Assembly (NCBI GenBank): GCA_963703565.1
Contig: CAVPEW010000043.1
Coordinates: forward strand, 2,013-66,012
Origin: an uncultured Microthrixaceae bacterium
GTDB lineage: Bacteria > Actinomycetota > Acidimicrobiia > Acidimicrobiales > VFJN01
Direction of reading: 5' to 3'
DNA: 64,000 bases
Shown: positions 10,741 through 20,528 of the stretch, one piece after another
How the letters are laid out: the number at the start of each line of letters is the position of its first letter
Position numbering within the stretch: position 1 is the stretch's first letter
Notes under the pieces: model-generated
Seen by the model: only the letters and a program-made list of their open reading frames with translations
The model's database searches: none
Told to the model about the DNA's origin: nothing
Program-made: the position numbers and the translations under genes

Positions 10741-11151
10741 GTGGCCGACGCCAACGACTGGAACAGCAAGATCATCGAGGAGTTCCGCGCCAACGAGGGT
10801 CGGGTGGCGGCGTTCGAGGGCGCCACCGTGGTCCTGTTGCACACGACCGGCGCCCATAGCGGGCAGGAGCGGGTCACCCCCCTGGTCTGCATGCGCCACG
10901 ACGGCCGCATGTTCGTCTTCGCCAGCTACGCCGGCGCGGAACATCACCCCGCCTGGTACCACAACCTGGTCGCCCACCCGAAGGTGACCGTGGAGATGGG
11001 CACCGAGCGCTTCGAGGCCACAGCGAGCCCGCTGACCGGCACCGAGCGCGACGAGATCTACGCCCGGCAGGTTGCGGCGGCGCCCATGTTCGGCGAGTAC
11101 CAGGGCAAGACGTCCCGGGTGATCCCTGTAGTCGAGCTGATCCGGGCCTGA
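10741..11151 (+). CDS. Deazaflavin (F420)-dependent nitroreductase family protein (Ddn-like)
   Basis: NSKIIEEFRANEGRV, LLHTTGAHSGQERVTPL, HPAWYHNLVAHP, YQGKTSRVIPVVEL. Confidence 0.92.
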   Translation: MADANDWNSKIIEEFRANEGRVAAFEGATVVLLHTTGAHSGQERVTPLVCMRHDGRMFVFASYAGAEHHPAWYHNLVAHPKVTVEMGTERFEATASPLTGTERDEIYARQVAAAPMFGEYQGKTSRVIPVVELIRA

Positions 11152-11238
11152 CCCGGCTCGACGCTCCCGGGGTCCAGCGGGCGCCGGGGCGCGTCTAGCG
11201 ATAGAACAACCGGTGGAACCTACGGGGGAGGCCCGACG

Positions 11239-12432
11239 ATGACCGATCTTCTCGAACCGGGGACGCTCGGCGCTGCCGGCGTGCGAGCCGAAGAGCTGGC
11301 CACCTGGTGGCTGATCTCGGCCGACAACCACGTGACCGAGCCGCTCGACCTGTGGCTTCGGCTCCCCGAGCACCTACAGCACCTGGCACCACACGTGGAG
11401 GAGCGCGAGGGCGCTCCGTGCCTGGTGGTGGAGGGCAAGGTCGTACAGCGCCTGCGCCTGCCCGAGGGGGCGAAGATGGGCGACGGCTCCGCCTCCCAGG
11501 TGCTCGCTGCCGCTGACCGGGCCGAGCGCGAGTCGATGTTGGTCCGCGACTCCAACGATCCCGACCGGCGCCTCCTCGACCTCGATCGGGACTCGATCTG
11601 GGGCGAGGTGATGTACCCGAACCTGTTCGTGTTCATGGCCTACCGGTTGGCCAACCCCGAGCTGCAGGTGGCCGCCTGCCGCACCTACAGCGACTGGATC
11701 TGGGACACCTTCGGATCCTCGCAGCGCTTCGCGCCGGTCGCGCCGCTACCGGTGCTCGACATCGACGCCTCGGTGGCCGAGATCGAGCGGGCGGCCAAGC
11801 GCGGCTTCCGAGCGGTGCTGCTCCCGGCGCACACCGACTGGCTCGACCACGCCTACAACCACCCCGTGTACGACCCGCTGTGGGCCGCCGCGGCCGCCAA
11901 CGGCGTGTCGGTGAACTTCCACGCCGGCACCGGCCGCGAGAACCGTCCGGCACGCAACCCGGGCGGGGCGGTCATCAACTACGTGGTCACCGTCGAAGGG
12001 CCTTCCGAGACGATCACCTACCTCGCCGGTTCAGGTGTGCTCGCCCGGCACCCCGAGCTCAAGGTGGTCATGGTCGAGTGCGGCGCCGGCTGGCTGGCCT
12101 GGGTGCTCAACGCCATGGACGACGCCTACCGAGAGCACGAGATGTGGGTCGATCCCAAGCTGGACGAGCTGCCCAGCGAGTACTTCCGCCGACAGGGGTT
12201 CGTGACCTTCCAGCACGACCCGGTGGGCTTCCACAACGTGAGCTTCACCGGCGACCACTGCCTCATGTGGGGGGCCGACTACCCGCATCCCGAGGGCACC
12301 TGGCCACGTTCGAAGGAGTACCTGGCTCGACAGCTCGTCGACGTGCCCGTCGCGACCGCCCGCAAGGTGCTGTGGTCCAACGCCGCCGAGCTGTACGGCT
12401 TCTCGAGCCCTACCGGCGCTCCGCCGGCCTGA
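11239..12432 (+). CDS. Amidohydrolase_2 family protein
   Basis: ISADNHVTEP, YDPLWAAA, FHAG, VECGAGW, PSEYFRRQ, MWGADYPHPEGTWP. Confidence 0.9.
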   Translation: MTDLLEPGTLGAAGVRAEELATWWLISADNHVTEPLDLWLRLPEHLQHLAPHVEEREGAPCLVVEGKVVQRLRLPEGAKMGDGSASQVLAAADRAERESMLVRDSNDPDRRLLDLDRDSIWGEVMYPNLFVFMAYRLANPELQVAACRTYSDWIWDTFGSSQRFAPVAPLPVLDIDASVAEIERAAKRGFRAVLLPAHTDWLDHAYNHPVYDPLWAAAAANGVSVNFHAGTGRENRPARNPGGAVINYVVTVEGPSETITYLAGSGVLARHPELKVVMVECGAGWLAWVLNAMDDAYREHEMWVDPKLDELPSEYFRRQGFVTFQHDPVGFHNVSFTGDHCLMWGADYPHPEGTWPRSKEYLARQLVDVPVATARKVLWSNAAELYGFSSPTGAPPA

Positions 12433-12498
12433 GTCCCGACATCGAGCGTCGGGCGACGCTGCCCGACCTTTCGACCACGAAGGTGAGGAGCCGGCCCG

Positions 12499-14889
12499 AT
12501 GGGCGAAGGCGCGTTGTTGGAAGGCATCCGGGTTGTCGACGCCGCCGATGGTGCCGGTGAGCTGTGTGGCCGCCTGCTGGCGGACCTGGGCGCGCAGGTG
12601 GTGCGCGTCGAGCCGCCTGGTGGGTCGGCCAGCCGCCGCAGGGCGCCGCTGGCCGACGACGGCACGTCGCTGTGGTTCGCGTGGAGGAACCTGGGCGAGT
12701 CCAGCATCGAGATAGACCCGCGTCGGGCCGGCGACCGCCAGCGCCTCGACGTGCTGCTCGCCGGCGCCGACGCCTACATCGACGGGTCCCGCCCGGGCGA
12801 CGGCCGCCCGACGGGCCTCTCGCCCGCCGAGTTGCGCGTAGCGCACCCCCACCTGGTGGTCACCAGCGTGTCCGACTTCGGTGAGTGGGGCCCGAACCGG
12901 GATTGGGTGGGTACCGATCTGGTCGCGTCAGCGTTCGCCGGTGCGCTGTTCAAGGGCGGCAGGGCCGACCGGGAGCCTCTGCCGCCGCCCGGCAGCTTCG
13001 CCTACGACGTGACCGGGGTGAGCGCTGCTCTGGCCACCCTGCTGGGTCTGGTGGGCGCGGGCGGTTCCGGTCACGGACGTCACCTCGAGGTGGCGGCGGT
13101 GGAAGCGGTCGCCCAGGTGACGGACTGGTCGATCCCGATGGCGTCGATGCTGGCTGCGTTCGGCATCGAGTACGGCGAGACTCGTCAGGGATCCGGGCCG
13201 ATGTACCCGATCTTCCCCTGCCGTGACGGCTACGTGCGGGTCGTCATCCTCTCGGCCCGCCAGTGGCGCGCCCTGTGGTCGTGGATGGGCGAGCCCGAGG
13301 AGTTCGCCGACGACCACTGGGACGCGGTCGTCGCGCGCCTCGCGGTGATGGACGTGCTCGGACCGATGATCGCCGACCTGTTCGCCAACTACGACCGCAT
13401 CGAGCTGGCCGAGGAGGCCCAGCGGCGCGGCATCGCCGTCACGCCCGTGCTGGCGCCCGCCGAGGTGCTGGACACCCCCCACTTCGTGGAACGGGGGACC
13501 TTCGCCGACCACGAGCTGGCGCCCGGCCTACGGGTCCGCACCCCGGCGGGGTTCTTCCGGGTCGACGGCGAGCGGGTGGGTCCCCGCGGGCCCGCCGGCG
13601 TCCCCGCGGGCGCGAGCGACATGGAGGCCTGGGCGGCCCGCCCCGCTCCGGCCGGCACGGCGCACCCCGGCCGGTACCCCCTGGAGGGCGTGGTTGTGGC
13701 CGACTTCGGCATCGGCGGCGTCGGCGTGGAGGCGGGGCGGCTGCTGGGTGAGTACGGCGCCGACGTGATCAAGGTGGAGAGCCACCGCTACCCGGACTTC
13801 ATCCGGATCATCACCGGTTCGATGACCAGCCCCTCATTCGTGTCCTCCAGCCGTTCCAAGCGGAGCCTGGGCGTCGACCTCAAGTCCGACGAGGGCCGTG
13901 CCGTGGTGGCCGAGCTGATCCGCCGGGCCGACATCGTGATCGAGAACGGGGCAACCGGAGTCACAGCAGGCCTCGGCTTCGGTCCCGACGACGTGGCCCG
14001 GCTCAACCCCGACGCGGTGATGGTCTCGAGCCAGTTGCTGGGCTCGACAGGGCCCTGGTCGCACTTCATCGGCTATGGGCCCTCGACCCGACCGGTATCG
14101 GGCATGAGCCACCTGTGGCGCTACCCCGACGAGGACGCGCCAGCGGAGTCGACCGCCATACACCCCGACCACCTCGCCGGCCGCTTGTGCGCGGTGGCGG
14201 CGGTCGCCGGGCTGCTCCGCCGCCGCCGGGGCGGTGGCGGAGCCCACATCGAGGTGGCCCAGACCGAGGCCGTCATCGGGATGCTGGGCGACCTGTACCT
14301 GGCCGAGGCCATCCGTCCCGGCAGCACACCCACCTCGGGCGAGCCACCGGCCGACGCCGCGCCGTGGGGCCTGTACCGCTGCGCCGGCGAGGACCGCTGG
14401 TGCGCGGTGACGGTTCGCGACGACCAGGACTGGTCACGCCTCGTCGGAGCGCTGGGCTCTCCGGGGTGGGCCACCGAGCCCGAGCTGGCCACCGCAGCGG
14501 GGCGTGTGAAGCACCGCGACCTGCTCGACAAGCAACTGGGGAGCTGGACAGCCGAGCGCTCACCCGACGAGGTGGCCGAGGTGTTGCAGGGCGTCGGGGT
14601 GCCGGCGGCGCCCATGCGCACCGCTTCGACCCTTCTCAGCGACCCGCACTTCACCACCCGGAGCTGGGCGATCGGGCTGACCCAACCCGGCCTGGGTGAC
14701 CTCGACCTGGAGGGTCCGGCGTTCCGCGACGACACGCTGCCCGACGGGCCCCGTACGTGGCCTTCGCCGGGTCTGGGGGAGCAGACCCGGGAGATCTGCG
14801 TCGACCTGCTCGGCCTGAGCCCCGAGGGCGTCGAGGAGCTTCTGGTCGCCGACGTGCTCGAGGAGCCCAGGGACGCCAACCCGGCCTGA
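12499..14889 (+). CDS. Two-domain class III CoA transferase (CaiB/BaiF)
   Basis: Two CoA-transferase III repeats (LEGIRVVD...GRLLADLGAQVVRVEPPGG; LEGVVVAD...GRLLGEYGADVIKVE...KRSLGVDLK). Confidence 0.9.
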   Translation: MGEGALLEGIRVVDAADGAGELCGRLLADLGAQVVRVEPPGGSASRRRAPLADDGTSLWFAWRNLGESSIEIDPRRAGDRQRLDVLLAGADAYIDGSRPGDGRPTGLSPAELRVAHPHLVVTSVSDFGEWGPNRDWVGTDLVASAFAGALFKGGRADREPLPPPGSFAYDVTGVSAALATLLGLVGAGGSGHGRHLEVAAVEAVAQVTDWSIPMASMLAAFGIEYGETRQGSGPMYPIFPCRDGYVRVVILSARQWRALWSWMGEPEEFADDHWDAVVARLAVMDVLGPMIADLFANYDRIELAEEAQRRGIAVTPVLAPAEVLDTPHFVERGTFADHELAPGLRVRTPAGFFRVDGERVGPRGPAGVPAGASDMEAWAARPAPAGTAHPGRYPLEGVVVADFGIGGVGVEAGRLLGEYGADVIKVESHRYPDFIRIITGSMTSPSFVSSSRSKRSLGVDLKSDEGRAVVAELIRRADIVIENGATGVTAGLGFGPDDVARLNPDAVMVSSQLLGSTGPWSHFIGYGPSTRPVSGMSHLWRYPDEDAPAESTAIHPDHLAGRLCAVAAVAGLLRRRRGGGGAHIEVAQTEAVIGMLGDLYLAEAIRPGSTPTSGEPPADAAPWGLYRCAGEDRWCAVTVRDDQDWSRLVGALGSPGWATEPELATAAGRVKHRDLLDKQLGSWTAERSPDEVAEVLQGVGVPAAPMRTASTLLSDPHFTTRSWAIGLTQPGLGDLDLEGPAFRDDTLPDGPRTWPSPGLGEQTREICVDLLGLSPEGVEELLVADVLEEPRDANPA

Positions 14890-14897
14890 CCCGGGGA

Positions 14898-14940
14898 GAT
14901 CACCTCGGGGCGGTCGCGGCGCGACCGCCCCGAGGTGATC
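14898..14940. terminator. Perfect 20-bp hairpin between convergent genes (probable bidirectional terminator)
   Basis: GATCACCTCGGGGCGGTCGC-GGC-GCGACCGCCCCGAGGTGATC. Confidence 0.75.
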
Positions 14941-14952
14941 GCTCCAGCTGGG

Positions 14953-16122
14953 TCAGGCCGGGATCTTGGGCTCGGGCATCCGGTAGAGCTTCATCGCGTT
15001 CTCGTACAGGATCGCCCGGCGCTGGTCGTCGGGGAGCCCGTCGAGGTTCGAGATCGCGTCGGCCACCGCGTCGCCCTGAAGGCACGTCGGGTGCGGGAAG
15101 TCGGTCTCGAACAGGATCCGGTCGATGCCGATGTCGTCGAGGAGCTTGTCGGGGGCGACACGCTCGAACCAGTACGACGCGTACACCTGACGAGCGAAGT
15201 AGAAGCTGGGCAGCTCCTCGAACTCGGGGCGCTCCTTGGAGACGTCGCCCTCCTTGAAGTGGTAGTCGGCAGCCTCGAGCAGGAACGGGATCCAGCCGAT
15301 CCCGCTCTCCACCGACACGAACTTGAGCCGCGGGAAGCGGGGCAGCACACCCGAGAACAACAGGTCGGTGAGCTGCTCGGCGGTGTTGAAGAACAGCGCT
15401 GTGCTGGCCCGCCCGTAGGTCGCGCCGAAGCCCTCGGCCATGATCCGCTCCGCCGAGAACTGCGACATCATGTCGCCGCTGCCGACGTGGAAGCTGACCG
15501 GCAGCTCGGCGTCCTGCGCAGCGGCCCAGAGGCGGTCCCAATGCTTGTCGGCCAGGAAGGGCTGGGCATGGGTCTGGGGAGCACCCGAGAAGATGATGCC
15601 GCGCGCGCCGTTGGCGGCCACCCGCTGGATCTCGGCCACCGCGGCGTCGACGTTCCAGAACGGGCAGGCGGCGATGGCGATGAACCGGTCGGGGGCGACA
15701 GCCGCCCAGTCGGTCAACATGTCGTTGTAGGCGCGCACGCAGTCGAACGCGAGGTCCTGGGGTTCGAGTGTGCGCCACAGCTGCGAGCCGAAGCCACCCA
15801 CGTTGGGGTACAGCGCCTGGGCCCAGATGCCCAGCTCGTCCATGAGCGCGAGCCGCGCATGGGGGTCGAAGCTGGCCGGGTGGGCCTCATCGAAGGTCTT
15901 GGGGTGCGAAGGGAACTTCTCGGGCCACCCGGCCTGGGCGGTGACGCACGCCGGCACGAGCCGCTCGTCGCCCAGGTACCAGAACTCCTCGCCCAGCTCG
16001 GCGTCGAAGTTCACGTGGGGGATGCGCTCGCCCCACTTGCTCTTCGACATCCGGGACGTCCAGGTGTCACGAGGCTCGGTGATGTGTGTGTCGGTGTCGA
16101 TGACGGGCAGCGCCGTGACCAT
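14953..16122 (-). CDS. Amidohydrolase_2 family protein
   Basis: IDTDTHITEP, RAYNDML, DRLWAAAQ, FHVGSG, VESGIGW, LFETDFPHP. ATG 16122. Confidence 0.9.
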   Translation of the reverse strand: MVTALPVIDTDTHITEPRDTWTSRMSKSKWGERIPHVNFDAELGEEFWYLGDERLVPACVTAQAGWPEKFPSHPKTFDEAHPASFDPHARLALMDELGIWAQALYPNVGGFGSQLWRTLEPQDLAFDCVRAYNDMLTDWAAVAPDRFIAIAACPFWNVDAAVAEIQRVAANGARGIIFSGAPQTHAQPFLADKHWDRLWAAAQDAELPVSFHVGSGDMMSQFSAERIMAEGFGATYGRASTALFFNTAEQLTDLLFSGVLPRFPRLKFVSVESGIGWIPFLLEAADYHFKEGDVSKERPEFEELPSFYFARQVYASYWFERVAPDKLLDDIGIDRILFETDFPHPTCLQGDAVADAISNLDGLPDDQRRAILYENAMKLYRMPEPKIPA

Positions 16123-16291
16123 GTGGTTCCCCCTGTGTGGGCGGGACCCGCAAGTCCCGCTGTCCCCTCGCCCCACCGTCGCGGTGAGGTCGCGGCATTG
16201 TAGGGCACGCGGGGGTGTCACTCGCCCTTCAGGGCTAGGGTCGGCGTCAGGTGCCGGACCCGGCGTGGTCGGCGTGGGAGGGGGCAGGATC

Positions 16292-17479
16292 ATGGACGGA
16301 CCGTGGGTCGGGCGCGACCGGTGCGCGGTGGCGGGCATCGGCGCCACCGAGTTCTCCCGGGACGCCGGGCGCAGCGAGCTGGCCCTGGCCCTCGAGGCTT
16401 CGCGCGCCGCCTGCGCCGACGCGGGCATCGACCCGCGCCTGGTCGACGGGATCGTGCTGTGCGACATGGACGCCACGACCCACAGCGCGCTGGGCGAGGC
16501 GCTTGGGGTGCACAACCTGACCTGGTGGGCCCGGGTCGGCCCCGGCGGCTCGGCGCCCGCTGCCCAGATCGCCCAAGCGGTCGCGGCGATCGTGTCGGGC
16601 CAGGCCACCACGGTGCTGTGCCCGCGCTCGCTGCGCTGGGCCTCCGCGGGCGGTATGGGCGGGATGATGGGTGGGGCCGGCGCCGGCGTGGGCGGCAAGG
16701 GCACCAACGAGGAGTTCTTCGTGCCCTACGGGATGATGCTGCCGGCCAGTACCTACGCCACCATCGCCCGCCGTCACATGTACGAGTTCGGCACCACCCG
16801 CGAGCAGCTGGGCGCCATCGCTCTCGCCTGCCGCGACCGGGCCAACGCCAACCCGGCGGCCCAGATGCACGACCGGACCCTCGACCTCGACGCCTACCTC
16901 GCGGGCAGGATGATCTCCACGCCCCTGGGCCTGTTCGACTGCTGCCTCGTCACCGACGGGGCCTGTGCCGTCGTGGTCACCGCCACCGAGCGGGCCGCGG
17001 ACGGACCGACCCCGGTGGTGACCATCCGCGGCGTGGCGCTGGGCAGCGGGCCCGGCCAGCAGGGCGGGATCCTGTCGCCCTCCCTGGCGCGCGCCGACGT
17101 GACCACCTGGCCCTGCCATTGGATCGCCGACACGCTGTGGCGCCGCGCCGGGCTGGGACCTGACGACATCGACGTGGTGCAGCTCTACGACTGCTTCACG
17201 ATCACCGTGCTCATCCAGCTCGAGGACTACGGCTTCGCCGCCAAGGGCGAGGGCGGCCCCTTCGCCGCCAGCGGAGCACTGGGCATCAACGGCTCCCTGC
17301 CGCTCAACACCGCCGGCGGGAACCTCTCCGAGGGCTACCTGCACGGCATGAACCACGTCGTGGAGGGGGTGCGCCAGCTGCGCGGCGCCTCCACCAACCC
17401 GGTACCCGGCGCGGCGACGTGCCTGGTCACCTCCGGGCCGCCCCTGGCGACCGGCGCGATGGTGCTGGCGGCGGCATGA
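16292..17479 (+). CDS. Thiolase-fold protein, Ltp2/SCP-x-like (possible aldolase)
   Basis: AVAGIGATEFSR, ARRHMYEFG, FDCCLVTDGA, QLYDCFT, NTAGGNLSEGYLHG; no canonical N-terminal thiolase Cys. Confidence 0.88.
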   Translation: MDGPWVGRDRCAVAGIGATEFSRDAGRSELALALEASRAACADAGIDPRLVDGIVLCDMDATTHSALGEALGVHNLTWWARVGPGGSAPAAQIAQAVAAIVSGQATTVLCPRSLRWASAGGMGGMMGGAGAGVGGKGTNEEFFVPYGMMLPASTYATIARRHMYEFGTTREQLGAIALACRDRANANPAAQMHDRTLDLDAYLAGRMISTPLGLFDCCLVTDGACAVVVTATERAADGPTPVVTIRGVALGSGPGQQGGILSPSLARADVTTWPCHWIADTLWRRAGLGPDDIDVVQLYDCFTITVLIQLEDYGFAAKGEGGPFAASGALGINGSLPLNTAGGNLSEGYLHGMNHVVEGVRQLRGASTNPVPGAATCLVTSGPPLATGAMVLAAA

Positions 17480-17877
17480 CGGACTGGCCGCGCCCCCTGC
17501 CGGCGCTGGACCCCGACACCAGAGGACACTTCGACGCCGCGGCGCGCGGCGAGGTGGCGGTCTGCGTGTGCGCCCGTTGCGGTGCCGTGCTCCACCTGCC
17601 CCGGCCCGGGTGCCACCACTGCGGGTCCGACCAGGTGCGCTGGCGCACCGTCGCACCCACGGCGAAGTTGTGGTCGTTCACAACCGTGCACCAGCGCTTC
17701 CACCCTGCCTTCGAGCCGCCCTACACGGTGGTGGTCGTCGCCCTCGACGAACTGCCGTCCGTGCACCTGACAGGCCAACTGCCGGGCGAGCCCGACCTGG
17801 CGATCGGCATGCCGATGCGGGCGCGCTTCGAAGCGGTGGGCGAGGTGACCCTGGTCCAGTGGGAGCCCGACCGGTAG
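17476..17877 (+). CDS. DUF35 Zn-ribbon/OB-fold protein
   Basis: CARCG...PRPGCHHCGS, LWSFTTVH, PYTVVVVALDE; ATGA overlap with the thiolase. Confidence 0.9.
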   Translation: MTDWPRPLPALDPDTRGHFDAAARGEVAVCVCARCGAVLHLPRPGCHHCGSDQVRWRTVAPTAKLWSFTTVHQRFHPAFEPPYTVVVVALDELPSVHLTGQLPGEPDLAIGMPMRARFEAVGEVTLVQWEPDR

Positions 17878-17917
17878 CCGCTGCTACGGTCCGGACCCGA
17901 GTCACAGGGGGGAGCGA

Positions 17918-19096
17918 ATGGGGGATCTGCGAGGTTCCGCGGCCATCGTCGGCATCGCCGAGATGCCACCGGTCAAGGCGCCGCCGCCCGAGCGCGAGAT
18001 CGACATCATGGGCCGCTTGGCCGCCGAGGCCCTCGCCGACGCCGGGCTCGGGCGCGGTGACGTCGACGGGCTGCTCACCGTGCCCCCGCCGGGCATGACG
18101 ATGCTGTTCCCCACGATGCTGGCCGAGTACCTGGGAGTGACTCCGCGCTACGCCGACGTGGTCGACCTGGGCGGTGCCACCGCGGCGGGCATGGTCTGGC
18201 GGGCGGCGGCCGCCATCGCCACCGGCATGGCCGACACCGTCGTGTGCGCGATGTCCTCGGTCCTCGACCCGGCCCGGTTCTCGCGGGCGTTCTCGGCCGA
18301 CGGGGCGGGCGCCGCGCTCGGCATCGGCGACTTCGAGGCCCCCTACGGACCCATGGGCGTCAACTCCGCGTACGCCATGGCGGCGCGCCGCCACATGCAC
18401 GAGTTCGGCACCACCTCGCGCCAGTTGGCCCGCATCGCCGTCGACCAGCGCACCAACGCCCTGTCGAACCCCCGCGCCCTGTACGGCCACGAGGCGATCA
18501 CCGTCGAGGACGTGCTGTCCTCACGTCTGGTCGTGGACCCGCTGCACCTGCTCGAGATCGTGCGGCCCTGCTCGGGCGGTGCCGCCTACGTGATCACCAG
18601 CCCCGAGCGCGCGGCCGACTGCCGCAGCGCGCCGGTGTGGCTGCTCGGCGCCGGCGAGGGGATCGGCCCCGGCCCGACCGCGAACGGGGCCACCGTCACC
18701 ACCACTCCCATCGCCCAGGCGGCGCCCCGGGCGTTCGCCACCGCCGGGGTGACCCCGGCCGACGTCGACGTGCTGTCGGTCTACGACTGCTACACGATCA
18801 TGGTGCTGCTCACCCTCGAGGACGCCGGCTTCTGCCCCAAGGGCGAGGGCGGACCGTTCGTGGAATCCACCGACCTCACCGCGGGCGGTGACCTGCCCGT
18901 CAACACCCACGGCGGCCAGCTCAGCTTCGGCCAGGCCGGCATCGCCGGCGGCGCCTCCCACATCGTCGAGGCGGTCCGTCAGGTCCGAGGCGAGGCCGGC
19001 GAGGTGCAGGTGCCCCAGTGCGAGCTGGCCTTCGTCAACGGCAACGGCGGGACCATGGGCGAGGAGACCTCGCTGGTGCTGGGGAGCAGCAGGTGA
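17918..19096 (+). CDS. Second thiolase-fold protein (SCP-x-like)
   Basis: AAIVGIAE, ARRHMHEFG, SVYDCYT, PVNTHGGQLSFG, HIVEAVRQ. Confidence 0.88.
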   Translation: MGDLRGSAAIVGIAEMPPVKAPPPEREIDIMGRLAAEALADAGLGRGDVDGLLTVPPPGMTMLFPTMLAEYLGVTPRYADVVDLGGATAAGMVWRAAAAIATGMADTVVCAMSSVLDPARFSRAFSADGAGAALGIGDFEAPYGPMGVNSAYAMAARRHMHEFGTTSRQLARIAVDQRTNALSNPRALYGHEAITVEDVLSSRLVVDPLHLLEIVRPCSGGAAYVITSPERAADCRSAPVWLLGAGEGIGPGPTANGATVTTTPIAQAAPRAFATAGVTPADVDVLSVYDCYTIMVLLTLEDAGFCPKGEGGPFVESTDLTAGGDLPVNTHGGQLSFGQAGIAGGASHIVEAVRQVRGEAGEVQVPQCELAFVNGNGGTMGEETSLVLGSSR

Positions 19097-19506
19097 GCGG
19101 CAAGCCCCGCCCCCGGGTGCACCCCGTGTCCGCGCCGTTCTGGCAGGCGGCACGCGAGCACCGGCTGATCGCGCCGCGCTGCGAGGACTGCGGCCTGGTG
19201 TTCCTGCAGCCGCGGGCCGTGTGCCCGGGCTGCCTGGGCTCCCACCTTGGCTGGGCCGAGCTGTCCGGGCGGGGTCGCGTCTACACCTGCACCGTGGTCC
19301 GCCAGCCGGCGCACCCCGCCTTCCTCGACGACGTGCCCTACGTGTACGCCGTGGTCGAGCTCGAAGAGGGGTGCCGGCTCGCCACCAACGTGGTCGGCTG
19401 CGAGCCCACCGACGTCGTTCCCGACATGGCCGTGCAGGTCGTGTGGGACGACGTCGACGACGAGCTGACCCTGCCCCGCTTCGTGCCGGTCGCCAGCCCG
19501 GCCTGA
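19093..19506 (+). CDS. Second DUF35 Zn-ribbon/OB-fold protein
   Basis: PFWQAA, CEDCG...PRAVCPGC, SGRGRVYT, VPYVYAVVELEEG; GTGA overlap. Confidence 0.9.
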   Translation: MSGKPRPRVHPVSAPFWQAAREHRLIAPRCEDCGLVFLQPRAVCPGCLGSHLGWAELSGRGRVYTCTVVRQPAHPAFLDDVPYVYAVVELEEGCRLATNVVGCEPTDVVPDMAVQVVWDDVDDELTLPRFVPVASPA

Positions 19507-19571
19507 GGCTGCCCTGGCCAGTTCGCCCAGCCCACCAAGCCACCCGATCCGACCACCCACACGGAGGAACC

Positions 19572-19994
19572 ATGTCCTACGAGATGGCCGTCGAGCGCGG
19601 CAAGATCCGGGAGTTCGCCCGGGCGACCCGCTCGCGCAACCCCGCCTACCTCGACGACCCCCAGCCGGTGTGCCCGCCGACGTTCCTGCAGACGTCGAGC
19701 TTCTGGGCCCCGGCCAGCGGCGGTGGCGACGACCTGCTCAAGGCGCTCGGCGGCGACCTCTCGCGCGCCCTGCACGGCGAGCAGGAGTTCATCTTCCACG
19801 GCGAACCGCCGCGGGCCGGGACCATCCTGGAGGTGAGCAGCCGCGCCGGCGACACCTGGGAGAAGCAGGGCAAGCGCGGCGGCACCCTCAAGTTCACCCA
19901 GACCATCACCGAGTTCCGCGACCAGCAGGGCAACCTCGTGGCCGAGGGCAAGTCCACCCTGATCATCACCGAGCGCGCACCGAGCGAGGGCTGA
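19572..19994 (+). CDS. MaoC/FAS1-type hot-dog dehydratase subunit
   Basis: VERGKIREFARAT, PPTF, LHGEQEF; GGAGG RBS. Confidence 0.88.
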   Translation: MSYEMAVERGKIREFARATRSRNPAYLDDPQPVCPPTFLQTSSFWAPASGGGDDLLKALGGDLSRALHGEQEFIFHGEPPRAGTILEVSSRAGDTWEKQGKRGGTLKFTQTITEFRDQQGNLVAEGKSTLIITERAPSEG

Positions 19995-19997
19995 GCC

Positions 19998-20420
19998 GTG
20001 TCCGTCAAGTTCTCCGATCTCAAGCCGGGCGACCCGGGCCCCGAGCCCATGGTGGTGGGTCCGCTCAACCGGACCGACTTCGTGAGGTACCAGGGGGCGT
20101 CGGGCGACTTCAACCCGATCCACCACGACGACACGTTCGCACAGGCCTCGGGCTTCCCCAGCGTGTTCTCGGTGGGGATGTTCCAGGCGGGCTGCCTGGC
20201 CACCTACGCCACCGAGTGGCTCGGCCCGGCCAACGTGCGTCGCTACGGCGTGCGCTTCAGCGAGCAGGTGTGGCCCGAGGACACGCTGACCCTGTCGGGC
20301 ACCGTGTCCGCCACCCGTGAGGAGGCCGGCGAGAAGCTCGTCGACGTCGACCTGGTCTGCACCCGCCAGACCGGCGGCGTGGCCCTGAAGGGCTGGGCCA
20401 CCTTCGCAGTCGCCGACTGA
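19998..20420 (+). CDS. MaoC-type dehydratase (catalytic subunit)
   Basis: Hydratase-2 motif YQGASGDFNPIHHD. Confidence 0.9.
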   Translation: MSVKFSDLKPGDPGPEPMVVGPLNRTDFVRYQGASGDFNPIHHDDTFAQASGFPSVFSVGMFQAGCLATYATEWLGPANVRRYGVRFSEQVWPEDTLTLSGTVSATREEAGEKLVDVDLVCTRQTGGVALKGWATFAVAD

Positions 20421-20426
20421 CCCGCT

Positions 20427-20469
20427 CCGGGGCGCCCGGCGGTGGGTGACCCGCCGCCGGGCGCCCCGG
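20427..20469. terminator. 20-bp GC hairpin between convergent genes
   Basis: CCGGGGCGCCCGGCGGTGGG-TGA-CCCGCCGCCGGGCGCCCCGG with one G-U pair, just after the MaoC stop. Confidence 0.65.
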
Positions 20470-20528
20470 GCGCGTCCGCGGGCGAACGAGGTGTCGACGG
20501 CCCGTGCCCGTCGCCCGGCCCGGCGGCG

